The notes under the pieces: generated by a model | Seen by the model: only the letters and a program-made list of their open reading frames with translations | Database searches by the model: none | What the model was told of the DNA's origin: nothing | NCBI GenBank assembly: GCA_036269275.1 | Contig: DATASJ010000106.1 | Span: 236,832-300,831 of the forward strand | Length of the DNA stretch: 64,000 nt | Source: Bryobacteraceae bacterium | GTDB lineage: Bacteria; Acidobacteriota; Terriglobia; Bryobacterales; Bryobacteraceae | Direction: 5' to 3' | Made by a program: the position numbers and the translations under genes | Shown: piece after piece, positions 63,098 to 64,000 of the stretch | How positions within the stretch are numbered: position 1 is the stretch's first letter | Layout: every line of letters begins with the position of its first letter

Positions 63098-64000
63098 ATG
63101 CGAACGCTTTTTCTGAATCCTCCTTCTTTCGAGGGGTTTGACGGTGGCGCAAGCTCGCGCTGGCCGGCCGCTCGAGAGATTGAATCGTACTGGTATCCGG
63201 TTTGGCTCTGCTATCCAGCAGGGATGATTCCGGACAGTAAAGTAGTGGACGCCCCGCCGCACAAGATTTCGATTGACCAAACTGTGGCAATGGCTGGCGA
63301 CTTCGAGCTGCTGGTCCTATTCACTTCGACGCCCGGCTTCACGGTAGACGTCAAGATCGCGGAGATGATGAAGGACACGAACCCGAAATTGAAGGTGGCG
63401 TTCGTGGGGCCGCCGGTCACCATCGAGCCGGAAAGGACGCTGCGGGCGTCGAACGCGATCGATTTCGTGGTGAAGCGGGAGTTCGATTATGCGATCCGCG
63501 ATTATGCGACGGGCAAGCCGCTGGACGAGATTCCCGGCGTGGTGTTCCGGAAGAACGGCGGATTTCAGAACAACCCCGAGGCCGGGGTGATCGAAAACCT
63601 GGATGAGCTGCCGTGGGTAACCCAGATCTACCGGCGCGACCTGGATTTCCGGCGCTACAACGTTCCCTTCCTGCTGAACCCGTACATTTCTTTCTACACC
63701 TCGCGGGGTTGTCCGGCGCAATGCACATTCTGCCTGTGGCCGCAGACGCACTCGGGCCACCGCTGGAGATTGCGGTCCTCCGACGACGTGGTGAATGAAT
63801 GCCGGTGGGCGCTGGAGAATTTTCCCGGCCTCAAGGAAATCTTTTTCGATGACGACACCTTCAATTACCAGAAGGCGCGCACGATTGAGTTGTGCAAGAA
63901 ACTCAAGGATGTGAAGTTCACCTGGAGCTGCACCTCGCGCGTGACGACGGACTACGACACGCTGAAGGCGATGAAAGAAGCCGGTTGCCGGCTGCTGATT
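63098..64000 (+). CDS. hpnJ: B12-binding radical SAM protein, hopanoid-biosynthesis-associated HpnJ-like (5' part; continues beyond the window)
   Basis: The frame is open from ATG 63098 to the window end and is absent from the ORF track because there is no stop. The N-terminus reads MRTLFLNPPSFEGFDGGASSRWPAAREIESYWYPVWL. The radical SAM cluster motif is SRGCPAQCTFC. Confidence 0.75.
   Translation, partial: MRTLFLNPPSFEGFDGGASSRWPAAREIESYWYPVWLCYPAGMIPDSKVVDAPPHKISIDQTVAMAGDFELLVLFTSTPGFTVDVKIAEMMKDTNPKLKVAFVGPPVTIEPERTLRASNAIDFVVKREFDYAIRDYATGKPLDEIPGVVFRKNGGFQNNPEAGVIENLDELPWVTQIYRRDLDFRRYNVPFLLNPYISFYTSRGCPAQCTFCLWPQTHSGHRWRLRSSDDVVNECRWALENFPGLKEIFFDDDTFNYQKARTIELCKKLKDVKFTWSCTSRVTTDYDTLKAMKEAGCRLLI

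Overview
This is a 64-kb chromosomal segment that is high-GC by eye. I did not compute composition and ran no database search, so every call rests on motifs I recognise in the supplied translations and on direct reading of the DNA. The gene content points to an Acidobacteriota-type genome: an ADOP-type duplicated FtsX permease, tandem Uma2 endonucleases, a hopanoid HpnJ-type radical SAM enzyme, a very large TamB, and many two-component systems. I support about 58 protein-coding genes. I found no rRNA, tRNA, CRISPR array, transposase or integrase.

The main blocks are:
- **1-13.5 kb:** the ilvC 3' end, two Uma2 paralogs, a propeller-sensor histidine kinase with a NarL-type regulator, DAHP synthase, a RelA/SpoT homolog, rhaT, a CDP-alcohol phosphatidyltransferase and a 2-TM ion channel.
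- **13.6-21.7 kb:** nine translationally coupled genes running from a lanthanide-signature PQQ alcohol dehydrogenase (XoxF-like) and XoxJ-like protein through a lipoprotein cytochrome c into a complete caa3-type cytochrome c oxidase (coxB-coxA-coxC, small membrane protein, ctaG, cytochrome c). I rate this the most interesting candidate system.
- **22.2-27.6 kb:** a CheB-CheR-PAS-histidine kinase megaprotein flanked by two response regulators.
- **27.6-40 kb:** a four-gene sugar-activation/glycosyltransferase/acyltransferase set that runs on from a translationally coupled bamA / surA-like / tamB string.
- **40-52.9 kb:** housekeeping genes (ABC-F, ispD-ispF-gmd-fcl, a PIN/TRAM protein, an RRM protein, rsmB) plus a vapBC cassette bracketed by a 47-nt direct repeat that duplicates the rsmB 3' end.
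- **53-56.7 kb:** an uncharacterised envelope module of two membrane-anchored unknowns plus a secreted trypsin-like protease, lying convergent to an unknown protein that is coupled to an ADOP permease broken by one in-frame TAA.
- **59.3-64 kb:** a metallophosphoesterase, a DUF1111 di-heme protein, a LolA-like protein and the 5' part of hpnJ.

Noncoding oddities are a 28-bp-period array of alternating palindrome arms filling the relA/spoT leader, a tandemly duplicated bulged hairpin between convergent genes, and nested stem-loops at 62.06-62.19 kb.
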